This document shows positions 48,301-56,036 of a stretch of 61,976 nucleotides of DNA, piece after piece; position 1 is the first letter of the stretch; the number at the start of each line of letters is the position of its first letter. The stretch spans positions 1 to 61,976 of IMG/VR virus record IMGVR_UViG_3300047300_000894, one strand, 5' to 3'. The translations under genes were made by a program, and so were the position numbers. The stretch is from a virus. Taxonomy: Duplodnaviria > Caudoviricetes. The notes under the pieces were generated by a model. The model saw only the letters and a program-made list of their open reading frames with translations. It searched no databases and was not told the DNA's origin.

Positions 48301-51300
48301 AGAACTACATTGTATTTGATGCTAACGCTATCACAGTTATTAACAAGTCAACCATTAAGCTACAGAAGAAATCTTATAACGTACTTTCTGCTCAAACAGA
48401 ATCTCAAGAAAGAAGAGAAGGAGCTTCAGTTAAGAAGGCTTTTAAGGGATTAATGAATGGTAGCACAGAAGAGTTGAACAAAGGTATGCACGAGCTATAT
48501 CGTGGCTTATACAAGGTGTCTTTTGACCGCATGGTTAATGTTCGCAAGGAGATGGAGGATTCAGAATTCAATCGCTCTATGTACCTTATGTTCAACAAAG
48601 CGGGGGCATCTCAATTTGGTAACTTTAAGTTTGAAAAAGCATTCAAGAAGATTTATAAGGGTTTAACTCCAGAGCAAATCAAGGCGTTAGATGCTATCAT
48701 CTTTATGCGAAGAGTTATCGCTATCGATGAGAATTTTGATACGCAACGTGCTGCACTTGAAGCTAAGTTAGAGGGTATTAAGCAAATTATTATTAATGAT
48801 CCATCTGTTGCTCAAGATTATGCGGATGAGATTCGTGTATTAAAAAGTAAGATTAAAGAAAAGGCTCGCCCATCACACGGAGGAGAAGATGCTATCGTTT
48901 GGGATGGTCGCAAGTATAAGGCTAACAAGGAATCTTCTCAATCTACATTAGATAAGATGAAGGATGATTTAGGCGAAGAAGAGTACAATGACTTAGTATC
49001 TCGCTCCGATGTATACTTTAATGAGTTCAGCAACTTGCTTAAGTATAAAATGGAGAATGGACTAATCACTAAGGCAACATACGAGCTCTTTAAGGATTAC
49101 AACTACTCTCCTCGTAAGTTTTTAGACTACGCATTTGGTATTGAAGAAAGGGATGAGAAAGGTAATCCTACGGGTCAAATACTTTTGAACTCTAATCAAT
49201 TCCATTTCAGAGGGTCTATCTTGTCATCTGAAGATATTAAAAACATCAAAGAGGGCAAGGCAGATGATTACTTAATGAATGACTCTCGTAAGCTATTGCA
49301 AGGTGCAATGATTATGACAGAGGTTAAGGTTGCGACTAATAAAATGGTTAAGGCTTTAGCTAACGAATCTCAATTGACTAATCAAGGTTGGGTTAAGCCA
49401 ATGAGATACGAACGGTACAATGATGGTACAATTAAGACTAATCCAGATGGCTCGTACAAATACTTACAAGAAGATGCTGGATTCCGTAAGATGGTGTACA
49501 AGGTTGATGGCAAAGAGTATGCTTATCAATTAAGAGAGGACTTAGCAAGGGAATTTTTAGACGAGGAATTAAAAGATTTGAAGGGAGAAAAAGGTTCATT
49601 CCGTAGAAAATTTTACGACTGGTCCACAAAATTATCTGGCTCTCAAGCAGTTAGATTCTTCGCAACAGGTATTAATACAGGGTTCTTTGTTAGTAATATC
49701 CCTGTCGATGTTATCTCTCAAGTAAATGTCACAGACATCTATGCTGGTGGTGTAGCAGGTAAGTACAAGCAAGCAATGGGTGGCACTTTAGAGTTATCTA
49801 AAAGACTACTTATGATGGAAACGGGTAAATCTGATCCATATGTAGAGAATCTATTAAAGGAATATGCTGAGTCTGGAGGTTTAATGATGAGCCAAAGTCA
49901 AGAGGGTATTGGCAAAAATTTTGGTGGAAAATTTGTTGAATACTTGGCAATGTTTGGTAACATATCTGAGGTCGCATCTAAGCTTAACTCGTACAGAACT
50001 GTTCGTGATAGATTAAAAGAAGAGCATTATCAGAGAACAAAACAAAATCCTGTAGGAGATGCTTTAGAAGCAATCAAGGAGGAGGCTGCTTATAAGGCGA
50101 GAGCCGCAATGGACTACCATCGTGGAGGTTTATATTCTAAAATGTGGGATGGTTATGTGCCTTATTTTAACGTATTTACTCAAGGTGCATTCATCTCGTG
50201 GAAATATATCAAGAACAACAAAGTTGAATTCTTTGATAAAATATACAAGGCTGGTCTTGCATTAGCTGGATTGACAGTTTACAATATGATGGTAGCTGGC
50301 GATGATTACGATAATGATGATGTTCAAATGGACTTATTGAACAAGATTGTAATCTTTATGCCATACAAGAATGAAGATGGCACAAGACCATATGTTAAGA
50401 TTTCTGTACCTTCTATTGTTAAGGGTTGGTTGAATACATTTCAGCACATTGGCGAAGGCTCATACTACAAACTTGTATCTGATGAGCCATCAAGACAAGC
50501 TAAATGGAGAGCTGGAGTTACCGATAGATGGATAAAAGGATTCACTCCTTCTCCAAGCTCCTTTGTTAGTATCCCTACTGTAAAAGCGGGACTTGAGGCT
50601 TATTTTAATTACGACATATACAGAGGTAGACCAATATTCAATAATAGTGACTCTAAACCTGTATCTCTTTTTAAAGAAGGTATGAATGACGAAAAGGTAT
50701 TAGAAGCTTACAAAAAATTAGGTATGCTTACTGGATTATCACCAATAAGAACGCAAAAATTTGTTGAAGATATTGTACCTGCCTTGAACCCTCTTGTGCA
50801 GATGGGATACGCTATTACTGATAAGGTAATCGATTCTCATAATCAAATGCTTTCTAACTCAAGCGATTACAAATTACAAGAATATCAACGCTCTAAATTT
50901 GGTAAGGGAGATATGAGTTCGGTTGCATTTTCATTCTTTTCAGGAATCAAGGACAGAGCTGTAGATAAGACTGATCCTACTATAAAATTTGCTACGGGTC
51001 AAGAAAAATACAGACAAGCAGATGAGAAGAGAGGTGATATATATTATGACTTGAAAGCTGATATGAAAAATTACTTCAAGAATAATGGTACACCAGAGGG
51101 CTTGACAGAGAAGATAAAAGATAAGCCTTTTATGGAGCAGAAATATGCTATCGATTATTACTTTATGTTAAAGAAGCGTGATTTCTTAAATAATAAAGAT
51201 AACTTTGATGATTATAGCAGAATTATGTTCTCTGCAGATGCTAAAGCTAAGGCAGAAAAACTTTACGAATATAATCCATTGACAAACTACTTAAATCCAC

Positions 51301-51425
51301 AAAACGATGAGGAGAAAAAGTTTGCTCAAGATTTGATGATGCTAAAGATTTTAGACCCAGCAACAACTATCGAATATCAAAATTATTTCAAACCAACGGG
51401 TGTGCAAACATCAGAAAATAAATAA
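42390..51425 (+). CDS. Giant polyvalent virion protein (hydrophobic region, HExxH metallopeptidase, two ART-like modules, C-terminal LPD38-like region)
   Basis: VSHEIFHE...AEEF; VFHGG...FFFATD..A..YA; LWHGSP..F..F....IG.GEG.Q.YG.GLYF...NYIVFD. Confidence 0.8.
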   Translation: MSKQQFEKADLSKYNVSSEQPSSSGYERADLTKYDIPQKKNDTASSGVIGSTAGSSKNEGVDTGNLFAKFFRGLNHESDAIFSGVYDTISSGLGSTALALDIANPRNWFADIKIAGALIGSDLQSVGRKVSDMLSLDSDEINKQSKMSWKEKQDYLKQRYDSSIDKKEDFGFQTSKASESAVLPSAVGQVYEAAGYLQEIGDLSFRQVLEESGIKKSDIDKNKSVIDFISEGNYADAAKVATLSAARTIPMSLALASSGGTAEIFAGSAVLGTGAEVNKAYADDQSLSGSEIVKSIWSGLIEGTTESLFQTNLKELRRTGQALIGGSPIVTAVAEEGAEQVKRQLVRGMLPAAKRIFRGAGEEGLEEILSTVGNFIVDKAQSGDQTVTLDELGGLAKNAADAFIIGSLSGGAMSGTLVLATSNKLDETQKKSIQRLKEVANDTTLSDETRQIANQKIDDIMKYQERGAYDDYTAIASIEDVEKRSQAIDALNKIETLKQDKKAAKDESVQAGIDEKIQEKTDFVNKLMEEQWNKERDRHSDTLKLRQEEAKVTAANFLANNNAYTVFQQDHADTMKAMEQGKDIEVSDLNKAADQLNEIEQVIHNSTELTPLEKDQALKEVNGKIRGLETYINATENGVRLTEAQTEGRRATTGARALQRAQRVRNNRFKGEIFTAYDEKGNPFQVTADVNEKGQISLMPKPKFRVNVETKESTQVNNAIKIKGDLEVIDTNMNEDDDVEQIRVRDTKTGKEFTTNSPVLIPMLMANQAKRNVKFAPDRAYVVDENVEVAEANPILNKLTKEQRARLNNQNKALKQINPNGRIILFDNATEVAKALMEKGYSRKESLNKARESNALKVGEDIYVNRMTMQDNTVSHEIFHEAFAQIAVEFPEAFIAMQKRIIMVLPSNVTDKLQKFANMYAKDAKNATDQEKIDMAEEFLMELGGMMVVRDAKIERGTMHKVMLAIRDFLSKWAGKLKLKGLQSLIKDKVFSESASIEDLAKFFENTAEAIRTGNKADLTYLENEIEQNRMVAYNPSTTTEAQEQEDIDALNEDFVGDLFEPTNLNITGTLTEEPPKSKRKPKKAEKPDIKQQRGSYELMPHPFIEVADMIGKRYSVTMSDHTRVGEYRNDKSGVVVSNLMGGVFYPYIKGIRDAGLGWASVTPKAAREMVINAINQDATLVYRMARSTGSRGNVNFNEIALAELIAPVTNGLISEEEFLKQLNNKLNSISAGKQLVSGKAFLSKYGKDSGKKNVVNKTKVVKVADKNGNLIDKTVPVLDKNGKPARTKEPRLEIESIKSLSEGLSKESFSKRGGFWSTILKDSWSKKSTGEWYKFLEANQIASLEEIVNGLAEQETDAAADHDIVAAIKIAAPEYTEDGVVKIYTTRKSLVNEKKGIFFIDAPDHPSYPYVVKGEPIGVFNEFQSVTDYFPVIKEWIVSERLNSPYKAVETMGKELVASREKIKAQKTTQKQMISVFHGGEVEDITTLNDDQIFFFATDKDEASAYARENEGNLIEMNIDKSKIASESVIRRILEDEFGLPYEYMIHELIDPRFEDTYIGDELTSELYSRLEEEGYEGGEFMDSSVTGKSKNTQNMFIINPEKTLSNNDYLNITLATESEAEDLLEEGYRPLLNNGEMMDAATKEDIENLFSTVTDLVNDSKLQMVKPAEFEKYNNAKEGLTKDEDKISAEIEEKAVDADQLEFRIKPQKVLWHGSPWNFNRFKAQAIGIGEGRQVYGYGLYFSTDINVAKSYSKANQGNKLRQLGLLDLLGKADNNQFSLRNQAYRLLQNTNTTLAQWKQFLEENKGFMGMRISSENRNKLYQAFGERNLYKVAVNDRVNGLQDGYWLDWSNPIGFANANQILMGIKNTMSMLSQKARAEKNSDERMVLNDAYNIAEAISRSINARDLSSMTGAQFYNEITNMFRGSVGYMVKKFDPQQMTSMLLSHAGIDGNRVDTFATTGTRGDGHKNYIVFDANAITVINKSTIKLQKKSYNVLSAQTESQERREGASVKKAFKGLMNGSTEELNKGMHELYRGLYKVSFDRMVNVRKEMEDSEFNRSMYLMFNKAGASQFGNFKFEKAFKKIYKGLTPEQIKALDAIIFMRRVIAIDENFDTQRAALEAKLEGIKQIIINDPSVAQDYADEIRVLKSKIKEKARPSHGGEDAIVWDGRKYKANKESSQSTLDKMKDDLGEEEYNDLVSRSDVYFNEFSNLLKYKMENGLITKATYELFKDYNYSPRKFLDYAFGIEERDEKGNPTGQILLNSNQFHFRGSILSSEDIKNIKEGKADDYLMNDSRKLLQGAMIMTEVKVATNKMVKALANESQLTNQGWVKPMRYERYNDGTIKTNPDGSYKYLQEDAGFRKMVYKVDGKEYAYQLREDLAREFLDEELKDLKGEKGSFRRKFYDWSTKLSGSQAVRFFATGINTGFFVSNIPVDVISQVNVTDIYAGGVAGKYKQAMGGTLELSKRLLMMETGKSDPYVENLLKEYAESGGLMMSQSQEGIGKNFGGKFVEYLAMFGNISEVASKLNSYRTVRDRLKEEHYQRTKQNPVGDALEAIKEEAAYKARAAMDYHRGGLYSKMWDGYVPYFNVFTQGAFISWKYIKNNKVEFFDKIYKAGLALAGLTVYNMMVAGDDYDNDDVQMDLLNKIVIFMPYKNEDGTRPYVKISVPSIVKGWLNTFQHIGEGSYYKLVSDEPSRQAKWRAGVTDRWIKGFTPSPSSFVSIPTVKAGLEAYFNYDIYRGRPIFNNSDSKPVSLFKEGMNDEKVLEAYKKLGMLTGLSPIRTQKFVEDIVPALNPLVQMGYAITDKVIDSHNQMLSNSSDYKLQEYQRSKFGKGDMSSVAFSFFSGIKDRAVDKTDPTIKFATGQEKYRQADEKRGDIYYDLKADMKNYFKNNGTPEGLTEKIKDKPFMEQKYAIDYYFMLKKRDFLNNKDNFDDYSRIMFSADAKAKAEKLYEYNPLTNYLNPQNDEEKKFAQDLMMLKILDPATTIEYQNYFKPTGVQTSENK

Positions 51426-51428
51426 GCT

Positions 51429-51569
51429 ATGATTAAGAAAATAAAAGGAGGCTACCAGTTAGTCTCCAAAACAACAGGAAGAAATCTTGGAACTGCAAAA
51501 ACAAAAGCTGGTATCATCAAACGTGAGAAACAAGTTGAAATGTTCAAGCATATGAAAAAGAAGAAATAA
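51429..51569 (+). CDS. 46-aa basic protein (not in ORF track)
   Basis: MIKKIKGGYQLVSKTTGRNLGTAKTKAGIIKREKQVEMFKHMKKKK. Confidence 0.7.
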   Translation: MIKKIKGGYQLVSKTTGRNLGTAKTKAGIIKREKQVEMFKHMKKKK

Positions 51570-51573
51570 GTAT

Positions 51574-51581
51574 TAACTTTG
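51574..51581 (+). promoter_or_regulatory. -7 element TAACTTTG
   Basis: Intergenic TAnnTTTG match. Confidence 0.55.
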
Positions 51582-51597
51582 ATAAAATAAAAATATT

Positions 51598-52065
51598 ATG
51601 GCAAGTTTAATTGAAATCCAAAAAGCCAAAAGAGCATCACAAGCTTTTGGTACACTAATGAGCGACTACTCTCAAGCATCTGGCGAGAACGAATCAGGGG
51701 AGTCTCCTCAAGAAGAATTGCTATGTGAGATGCTTGAGGCATCAGCACAAGCTAAAATATTCCATTGGCAAACAAGTTCATTCGCTGAACACGAGGCTAT
51801 GGGAGAGTTCTATGATGGATTTAATGATTTGATGGACAAATTTATTGAAGCTTATCAAGGGTGCTACGGACGCATTATGTTAGGTTGCGAGTTAGAGGTT
51901 AAGCCGTATACTATGGAAGCCCCTATTGCTTTCTTGACATCATTCAAAGAGTATATCTCAGGTGGAGCAAGAATGTTAGTATTAGGTAACACGGCTTTAT
52001 CTAATATCTTAGATGAGATTAACGGATTGGTAGAACAAACATTATACCGCTTAACTTTCAAGTAA
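51598..52065 (+). CDS. Dps/ferritin-like protein (DUF5856-like)
   Basis: FHWQT.SFAEHEA..EFYD....MDKFIEAYQG and a C-terminal YRLTFK. Confidence 0.8.
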   Translation: MASLIEIQKAKRASQAFGTLMSDYSQASGENESGESPQEELLCEMLEASAQAKIFHWQTSSFAEHEAMGEFYDGFNDLMDKFIEAYQGCYGRIMLGCELEVKPYTMEAPIAFLTSFKEYISGGARMLVLGNTALSNILDEINGLVEQTLYRLTFK

Positions 52066-52066
52066 T

Positions 52067-52216
52067 ATGAAGAATGGGCTATACGCTAATATTCACGCTA
52101 AACGGAAACGAATTGAAGCTGGTTCTGGTGAAACAATGAGAAAGGCTGGAGCTAAAGGAGCTCCGACTGCAAAGCAATTTAAAGAAGCAGCTAAAACTGC
52201 AAAAAAGAAAAAATAA
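52067..52216 (+). CDS. 49-aa basic protein (not in ORF track)
   Basis: MKNGLYANIHAKRKRIEAGSGETMRKAGAKGAPTAKQFKEAAKTAKKKK. Confidence 0.75.
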   Translation: MKNGLYANIHAKRKRIEAGSGETMRKAGAKGAPTAKQFKEAAKTAKKKK

Positions 52217-52217
52217 T

Positions 52218-52532
52218 ATGGCAAGCAGCGATTCAATAAAGGCTAAACTTGACAAGTATAACTTGCAAGGAGTGAACAAGCCGAAAAGAGATACTCATAA
52301 TGGCAAGTCACACGTCGTATTGGCTAAAGAGGGTGATCAGGTTAAGCTGATTCGTTTTGGTCAAGCTGGCGTTAAGACTAATCAAACTGTTGGACAACGG
52401 GAGGCATTTAAGTCAAGACACGCTAAGAATATTGCTAAGGGCAAAATGTCTGCTGCATATTGGGCTAACAAGGTAAAGTGGAGTCCATCGAAGACAGCTT
52501 CATCATCTAAAAAGTGGGTTAAAGGTTCTTAA
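52218..52532 (+). CDS. Basic protein, DUF6321-like
   Basis: KSHVVLAKEG.QVKLIRFGQ.G...R.AFKSRH...SAAYWA..VKW. Confidence 0.7.
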   Translation: MASSDSIKAKLDKYNLQGVNKPKRDTHNGKSHVVLAKEGDQVKLIRFGQAGVKTNQTVGQREAFKSRHAKNIAKGKMSAAYWANKVKWSPSKTASSSKKWVKGS

Positions 52533-52996
52533 TGAATCCTGAATTCAAAAAATATTGCCAATCTTGCGGAAGCGTTCAATCGTATACCACAAAAGCGGAA
52601 CTAAATAGGGCGGTAAAGAATAATACTCTTTGTCGCCCTTGTAATAACAAGTCGGGTCGAAGCCACAAGGGATATTATAAAGAAATACCTAAAAGTTGGT
52701 TTGATGAGAAAAAAAGAAAATCGGTTCAGCGTAATCGTGAGTGGGATATCACAATAGAATACATTTGGAATATCTACATTAAACAAGGCAAGGTATGTGC
52801 ATTATCGGGGTTACCTTTAGACTTTAATAAAGATTCTGATCAGGGTATGGTGTCAATCGACAGAATCAACAATGAAAAGGGTTATGTTAAAAGGAATGTG
52901 CAATTATTGCATAAAGATGTTAACTTTGCCAAGTGGACATTTAATCAAAAATACTTTATTGAGCTGTGTAAAAAGATAGCCAATAACCAAAAATAA
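52532..52996 (+). CDS. HNH/His-Me-finger endonuclease-like protein with an N-terminal Zn ribbon
   Basis: CQSC and CRPC pairs; CALSG...SIDRINN.KGY...NVQ......N.AK. Confidence 0.75.
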   Translation: MNPEFKKYCQSCGSVQSYTTKAELNRAVKNNTLCRPCNNKSGRSHKGYYKEIPKSWFDEKKRKSVQRNREWDITIEYIWNIYIKQGKVCALSGLPLDFNKDSDQGMVSIDRINNEKGYVKRNVQLLHKDVNFAKWTFNQKYFIELCKKIANNQK

Positions 52997-53008
52997 ACAC
53001 TATCAACA

Positions 53009-53287
53009 ATGGCTGCTAAATCTGCATCTGCAAAATATTACGCATCAAACCCTCAAGCTAAAGCAAAGAAGGACGCATACAATAAAGAGTTCAACAAGAA
53101 GCCTGAGCAACGGGCAAAGCGTTCTGAATTAGTTAAGGTTAATCGTGAGCGTGGAACTTATGGTAACGGAGATGGAAAGGATGCATCGCATACAAGCAAA
53201 GGTATTGTAATGAAAAAAGCCTCCGTAAACAGAGGCTCTAAATCAGATTCAGCGGGCGACAAACGAGCTCGTGGAGGTAAAAAATAA
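53009..53287 (+). CDS. Basic protein with a degenerate HNH-like segment
   Basis: K/R/A-rich, GDGKDASH...S.NR. Confidence 0.7.
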   Translation: MAAKSASAKYYASNPQAKAKKDAYNKEFNKKPEQRAKRSELVKVNRERGTYGNGDGKDASHTSKGIVMKKASVNRGSKSDSAGDKRARGGKK

Positions 53288-53914
53288 TTAACCTTTGTTC
53301 TTACAGAAATTCATTACCTCCAAGCAGAACTCGTGAGGAATTTTACTCCTATTGTAAGCCCCCTTTAATCCTTGTGTCCCTGTCTGCGAACCTCGTGGTG
53401 CAGAAACGTGGCAAGGGTCTCCGTTTTTGCAATGAGGCTTTGGAGAATATGCTTCGGCATTACTCCAAATATCCGTAGGCTTCATCCTTGTATCTCCATA
53501 TTGGCAGTAAGTAACTGTATCTCGTTTAAGATGCTCAAGCTGTGGCATCTTCCTCATTAATCCTCGTGGATTCTCAATAAAGAAAAACTTTGGATTAATC
53601 TGCTCAATTAAATTTAGCGTTGCATCAAGCAATTCCAAGCCAAGTCTCGCTGTATCAGTATATGGAACATAATTTCCTTTTGTACTACCTTTCCAATGTC
53701 TACCTATAGATGCTACAGAAAATGCTGTACAAGGCGGAGAAGCCCACACTACATCGGGTTGAAATGGTAGCTTCGATAAGTCAAACTCTCTGATATCGCA
53801 AGCATAATCTATCCCATCAAATGGCAGTAGGTCAGATGAAAATACCTCCATTCCCAACTCTTCTGCTGCCTTACCGATTGAGCGGGAACCAGCAAATAAT
53901 TCTAATACCTTCAT
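53288..53914 (-). CDS. DNA cytosine-5 methyltransferase (short)
   Basis: LELFAGS, WASPPC, IENP and KPT motifs. Confidence 0.85.
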   Translation of the reverse strand: MKVLELFAGSRSIGKAAEELGMEVFSSDLLPFDGIDYACDIREFDLSKLPFQPDVVWASPPCTAFSVASIGRHWKGSTKGNYVPYTDTARLGLELLDATLNLIEQINPKFFFIENPRGLMRKMPQLEHLKRDTVTYCQYGDTRMKPTDIWSNAEAYSPKPHCKNGDPCHVSAPRGSQTGTQGLKGAYNRSKIPHEFCLEVMNFCKNKG

Positions 53915-54444
53915 ATTTCTAACTTAATTAAATCTTCTTCGTAAATCACCTTTTTATCAAGCCCTTCTTTTCTTGGGGGCTTATATGAGCCTATTAGCTT
54001 TGATGCTAAAACAAAATATGCTTCGAACTTACTATCGGGATAGCAGATAACTAAAGCAAGGAACTCCTTATCAGATGGAGAAATGCACAACGGGTCGTTA
54101 GGTTGGAATACCCAAGAGTTAGGATATTGACTTACATCCATACAACTCTTAACGTGAATCTTTATTTCTCCCGAACTTATATCTGCATCAAAAGACTTTA
54201 GTTCTTTAGGGTAAACTCCGATGTCAGGAAATGTTGCGGACTTTTTCTGATCTATAAGCAAGTTCCATACTGCAAACTCCGCCATCTTGCCGATGTAAAT
54301 ATCTGATTCGACCTTGCTTTTGTTTGACTGATTCCTTTTGTCGTAGTGGGCTTGATTAGAAGCGTATACCTCCTTAACAAACAACTCAGCTAACTGATGC
54401 TGATACAAATTAGGAGCGATAAGCTTTACTTTCTTTGGTGGCAT
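53911..54444 (-). CDS. PD-(D/E)XK nuclease-like protein
   Basis: GKMAEFAV...FDAD...IHVKS. Confidence 0.55.
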   Translation of the reverse strand: MPPKKVKLIAPNLYQHQLAELFVKEVYASNQAHYDKRNQSNKSKVESDIYIGKMAEFAVWNLLIDQKKSATFPDIGVYPKELKSFDADISSGEIKIHVKSCMDVSQYPNSWVFQPNDPLCISPSDKEFLALVICYPDSKFEAYFVLASKLIGSYKPPRKEGLDKKVIYEEDLIKLEI

Positions 54445-54817
54445 ATGATAAAATGTGAAATACTAACTGATAATTTTTCTTACCCATTGTTTCATCGGGG
54501 TAAATTTCGATTCCCTTGCAGAACTTTTTAGAGTCATCAATAATGTAATGAGCCTTCTTCATAGTATCCTCAAGAATTTTAACCATAGGAATAGTGTTGC
54601 TCGCATCTAATCGGCTATTAAAGTAGAGGGTGATCATATACTTGTCTACTTTTTTAGTTCGTTTAGGGAGTAGCTTTAGGAATAGATTTGCCCAAAACTC
54701 TTTCTCTTTATTTCGGAAAGACCAGTGGCGATTTGCGTACCACTTATTTAAGGACAAATCTACTCCCTCCCATTCTATTGTAAAACTATCAATCGCCTCG
54801 TTCGTATTAGTTGTCAT
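54410..54817 (-). CDS. RusA-like Holliday junction resolvase
   Basis: SLNKWY...RLDASN...K..ED......IIDDS. Confidence 0.75.
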   Translation of the reverse strand: MTTNTNEAIDSFTIEWEGVDLSLNKWYANRHWSFRNKEKEFWANLFLKLLPKRTKKVDKYMITLYFNSRLDASNTIPMVKILEDTMKKAHYIIDDSKKFCKGIEIYPDETMGKKNYQLVFHILSYATKESKAYRS

Positions 54818-55007
54818 ACTTTAGTCTTGAGATAAACTCCTCTTGAACCTCCTTCCAATAGCATTCATCAGAAAAGTCTTTATGTTTGCAATTTGTAGAA
54901 AGTTCTGTTATGAAATAATCAATAATAGCCATTCTACCATATCGATTTGAATGTGTTAATATTTCATCTACCCTCTGTGATGGATTAAGATTTTTAGGGT
55001 TTGTCAT
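54807..55007 (-). CDS. Hypothetical protein
   Basis: Coupled ORF with a YWKEV..E motif. Confidence 0.55.
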   Translation of the reverse strand: MTNPKNLNPSQRVDEILTHSNRYGRMAIIDYFITELSTNCKHKDFSDECYWKEVQEEFISRLKYDN

Positions 55008-55246
55008 TTTTTTAGAAGAAATTGATTTGTTATTGACTCAGGATTTGCATCAATATAACTCACGAAATCACGAATCATCTTACGAGTATACTTGATTGGT
55101 CGTGTGTTTAAAAATGCAATTAAGCCCTTGCTCCGTATCTGTCGCATCTTGAACTTATTGAATCCAAACATCTCTTGGACTTCTTGGTCTGTGTAAACAA
55201 GTTTCTCCAAGTTGATGTCTTCAGCGATGTTAGATTTTTTTATCAT
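55004..55246 (-). CDS. Excisionase/MerR-like HTH DNA-binding protein
   Basis: VYT..EV..MFG......R..R..G.I pattern. Confidence 0.6.
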   Translation of the reverse strand: MIKKSNIAEDINLEKLVYTDQEVQEMFGFNKFKMRQIRSKGLIAFLNTRPIKYTRKMIRDFVSYIDANPESITNQFLLKK

Positions 55247-55454
55247 TGACTGTTACGGTTATGTCAAGCGAAACCAAATGTCCGTTTGATGCAAGATTAC
55301 AAATAATACGATTAAGCAATGTGAAACCAACCTTTCTTCTACCCGCCTCTAATCCAGAGACTTGCTGAAATGAATTAATTCCCGAAGCTTGAGCGAACTG
55401 ACTTTGAGTCATCCCAAGTTCAGTTCTTATTTTTTTTATTAAGTCTTTCTTCAT
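55230..55454 (-). CDS. XRE-family HTH regulator
   Basis: IKKIR.ELGMTQSQFA...G.....VS.LE.G.R. Confidence 0.85.
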   Translation of the reverse strand: MKKDLIKKIRTELGMTQSQFAQASGINSFQQVSGLEAGRRKVGFTLLNRIICNLASNGHLVSLDITVTVNDKKI

Positions 55455-55564
55455 ACTCTTTTTCTAATTTAAACTTTAGTTTAGCTTGCTCAATCTTAAT
55501 GTGATGAGCAAGCGTTAGTTGATTATGTATGTTTGACCATACTGAATTAAATGATGCATCCATA

Positions 55565-56035
55565 TTATTTAAGGGTTACACGGATTGTTGTTGAACTTGT
55601 CTTTACAGGAGGATAGAATTCTGTTACTTCGCCTGTCTGATCGTCCACAATCGTAGTCAATCCTTTGCAAGCTTTTGCAAATGCTTCAATATCCTTTAAT
55701 TTAGCTGTAGCCTTATCTACCTCTTGCTTCTGTGCTACCCAAGCGGTAGATGCAGAAAAATCGTATTTAACTCCCGTTTCAACAGCCTTTAATGTAGTGT
55801 CAGCTAATTCAGCCTCATCATTATCGTACTGCTTAAGTTCGGTCATAGCATAAGACTTCAACCCTTTCTCAAGTTCTTCTAATAAGAAGATGTACTTGCG
55901 ACATAATGCCAAATCTTTTAGAGGCTCACCTCCGTTAAACGCTAACTCCTCAAGGTAGCGATTAACCATCCCAATCATCTCTGACTTGTTTGCAGAGGCG
56001 ATTGGGGATTGCTTAAGTTGGACTAATTCACTCAT
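55565..56035 (-). CDS. Hypothetical protein (likely start MSELVQL)
   Basis: ORF directly after the SSB-like gene. Confidence 0.65.
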   Translation of the reverse strand: MSELVQLKQSPIASANKSEMIGMVNRYLEELAFNGGEPLKDLALCRKYIFLLEELEKGLKSYAMTELKQYDNDEAELADTTLKAVETGVKYDFSASTAWVAQKQEVDKATAKLKDIEAFAKACKGLTTIVDDQTGEVTEFYPPVKTSSTTIRVTLK

Positions 56036-56036
56036 A

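Noticed and set aside
42390-51425. crAss-type virion RNA polymerase
   Set aside because: I saw no DFDxD-type catalytic motif in a plausible context; the recognisable motifs are peptidase and ART-like.
10562-53287. Stop-codon reassignment as in some crAss-like phages
   Set aside because: Long genes are intact and tightly packed under the standard code.
55004-55454. Lysogeny module
   Set aside because: XRE and excisionase-like HTH genes are present, but no integrase, partition genes or divergent repressor switch was recognised.
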